DNA of 49,718 nucleotides, counting the filler, from Bipalium vagum (Eukaryota), in the NCBI GenBank assembly GCA_037834085.1. It is 3 parts of 3 records of this genome, joined end to end, with 100 filler letters (N's around TTAATTAATTAA, not from the genome) between each part and the next. Parts side by side here need not be neighbours in the genome. Positions count along the whole stretch, not along the records: positions 33,534 to 49,718 come from JBBMKC010116808.1; 2 more parts are not named here. One strand, 5' to 3'. How positions within the stretch are numbered: position 1 is the first letter of the stretch; every line of letters starts with the position of its first letter. The notes below the pieces were generated by a model. The model was not told the origin of the DNA. It saw only the letters and a list, made by a program, of their open reading frames with translations, and searched no databases. Of the stretch, positions 46,971 to 49,718 are shown piece by piece. The position numbers and the translations under genes are program-made.

Positions 46971-49718
46971 TTTGACATATTAAAACAAAAAGGATTTTTT
47001 ATATTTATATATTAATTAGCGATTATCTCTAATTTAAAATTTATTCTTTTAAGAAAGCAATTTGGTTAGATTATGACTTTTGAGCTATGTACTATATAGG
47101 GACTTTTTCAACAATTCGACCTCATCTTCCTTTGTTAAGTATTTTATTTAATTATTATAAACAATATACAATTATAATAATATATATATACAATTATTCA
47201 TTCCATATATAACTATTAATAGTAGTGAATTATAAGTATTGTTTTCACTATTTTTTATAAATACATATTATTATTATCATTATTTTTCTTATTATATATA
47301 TTATATTTCTTATTATATATATTATTATTATATATTTAGTACTATTAATCTAATCAAAATTTAAAAATAATCAATTAAAGTGTTGTCAAAGCTTACCATA
47401 GTCTTACAGGCTTTACCATTTATATCTTTTGTTCGTATTACATTAGAATGAAAATCTAAAAAAGTAATGGGAAATTTTGACACAAAGGTATTTTATAAGT
47501 CGAATGATTGATATTTTGCATTCTTTACATTAACTGTGGTCTGACAGATGTTCCTTAATAATCAATACAAGTTGTAACTGACAGACCACAAATCTGCATT
47601 AGTATATCTCAAACGGACATTCAGCTTATTTGATGGAGAATACTCAACTTTATTATCAACCCAAAGGAAATTGGTCTAATACTATAATTTTTATTTCCCA
47701 GACTACGGGTTTTGTTTTAATAAATTTATTGCAGGGGCTTATTTTTATCTATCCTTGAATTAATATATATATATAGTTATGAAAGATAAGGTTATCGAGA
47801 AATTTATCTTGACAATATGTTGCTATAATATACTGTTTAATTAGCTTGTTTACATGACATTAATATTAAGGTTAATAATAATAATAATAATAATAATAAA
47901 TATAATTATATTAATAATAACAAGAATACTAAAAAAATACTATTAATAGTAATAATTATAGTAATAATAAAATTATAAAGATAACCAGCTTTGTCTATTT
48001 ATAAGTTTTTATCTTATCTAAGCTTAGTAAATAATTTTAGATTTAAGTCATTTGATATATTTTGGATTCAAAAATTAATAGTGGATTTGTTTATTTCGCT
48101 TTTTATTTCATTTAAAGCATAAACCGAGCAAAAAAGGAACTTTTAGTGATATCCAAAAGTTTTGTGAAAAATACCGCTTTTGAAAATGTCAAAGATGATT
48201 TCCTGATCTCAAGAAAGACGTTTTTCACTCCGATTAGGATTCACAGACGTGTGAGTCATTGTTTCTGTAAGAAATAATTTTTCTGTCTTTGATGCTGATC
48301 GCCAATTTTCATTGGCTCTCGTTCCGACGATGTATCCTTTGTTTTAATATTTTCATTATTCATTTTCGACCTCGGCTAATGTGTGGAGCACTCAACGAAT
48401 AATAATTTGCACTGTGACCTCAGCACAATTGATATTATTAAATTTTGTTTATTAAAGTAGATCAATGTATTCAATTACTCTTACTAATTGATCTCAAATA
48501 TCGGTAACACTTTAATATTTAGAAAAATAAATTTAAAACTACTGTAAATTACCAAAAACTTATATTGATATAAAGGGAAATCACAATTTTCCTTATTGAA
48601 TATTAATAAAAAAAATTAATAAAAATCGATCGAAATTTATTTTTCTACAGAAGAATGTAATTTTTTTATTTCTTATCTGTTTTTAATATAAATATAAATT
48701 GTGAAAAAATATTTCCTATTTATCGTCTAATGTGATACATCGAAATAAATGGATTTTGAAAGAAATATTAATTTTTTATATAGTTATTAATTAAAATCAA
48801 TTATTTCTTTAAATCGTTGTATTATATAAAAAATTAACTAATTACTACAGAGAAATCATTGAAATTAACAAAATTAATATTTTTCCATATTATTTTAATA
48901 GCTAAACATTTTTATTAGTTAATTATCATTGGTAATTGAAATTTTTGTTTTATCTAATAAAATAAAATTTAAAAATTAAAACAAAATAATTTATTAGTAT
49001 ATATTCATGAATTATTTAAGTTTTATTATTATATGTTTATTCTTATATATATTTATTTATTTGTATTAACTAATGCATATTATATTTATTTAATTCATAT
49101 ATTAAAATAATATATAAATGTGAAACTTCACCAGATATAACATTTCTGTATGATGAAGCCGAATGTGTTGTACATAATAAATTGGCCAGTCCTATGTGGA
49201 ATGTACAAATAAAATATTCACATTTGATGAAAAATGGATGAAAACGAACCTTTGTCAAAGGAAAAGTCAATCACTGATCTGATTCAATAATTAATATTTA
49301 ATTTGATTTTCATTTATTTTTCTTTAAAAATAATTGGAAGCCAATATCGCCTTTCAATCATTTTTTCGACTTTATCAACTATGCATGCCAAATATAATAT
49401 AAAATATAATGGAATTTTAATGTGCCCCTTAATAATGTTTTTTAAATAATATTTTTTGTAATATTATTTTTTTTAATTCGTAACATTTCANNNNNNNNNN
49501 NNNNNNNNNNNNNNNNNNNNNNNNNNNNNNNNNNNNNNNNNNNNNNNNNNNNNNNNNNNNNNNNNNNNNNNNNNNNNNNNNNNNNNNNNNNNNNNNNNNN
49601 NNNNNNNNNNNNNNNNNNCAGATTACTTAGAAACGCGTATACAGAAAGAAAAATAGAAAAAATCATTAATGATACCGTTTCAAATTTAATTACGCGAAAA
49701 AATATTGAAAAAGATCAC

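Overview
AT-rich (roughly 25-28% GC by eye) genomic DNA from an animal with spliceosomal GT-AG introns, many of them only 33-53 nt; the taxon cannot be fixed from the sequence alone. Two artificial 100-nt spacers (44 N + TTAATTAATTAA + 44 N, at 15881-15980 and 33434-33533) split the window into three pieces whose adjacency is unproven. Piece A holds the 3' part of an UNC5 netrin-receptor gene (+ strand; Ig2, a single visible TSP1, TM, ZU5, UPA, death domain; 13 exons reconstructed by hand with consistent phases). Piece B holds an apparently complete six-exon Tbx2/3 (omb-like) T-box gene (- strand). Piece C holds internal exons of a Par-3/Bazooka-like gene, including PDZ2 (+ strand). Long introns and intergenic DNA are filled with decayed Tc1/mariner-superfamily remnants, plus probable piggyBac and Ty3/gypsy fragments and AAT microsatellites. 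I see no CRISPR array, rRNA, intact tRNA or intact transposase, and no convincing new multi-gene system. The most interesting signals are UNC5 architecture and splicing, substitutions in conserved T-box and PDZ motifs, and the very short introns.
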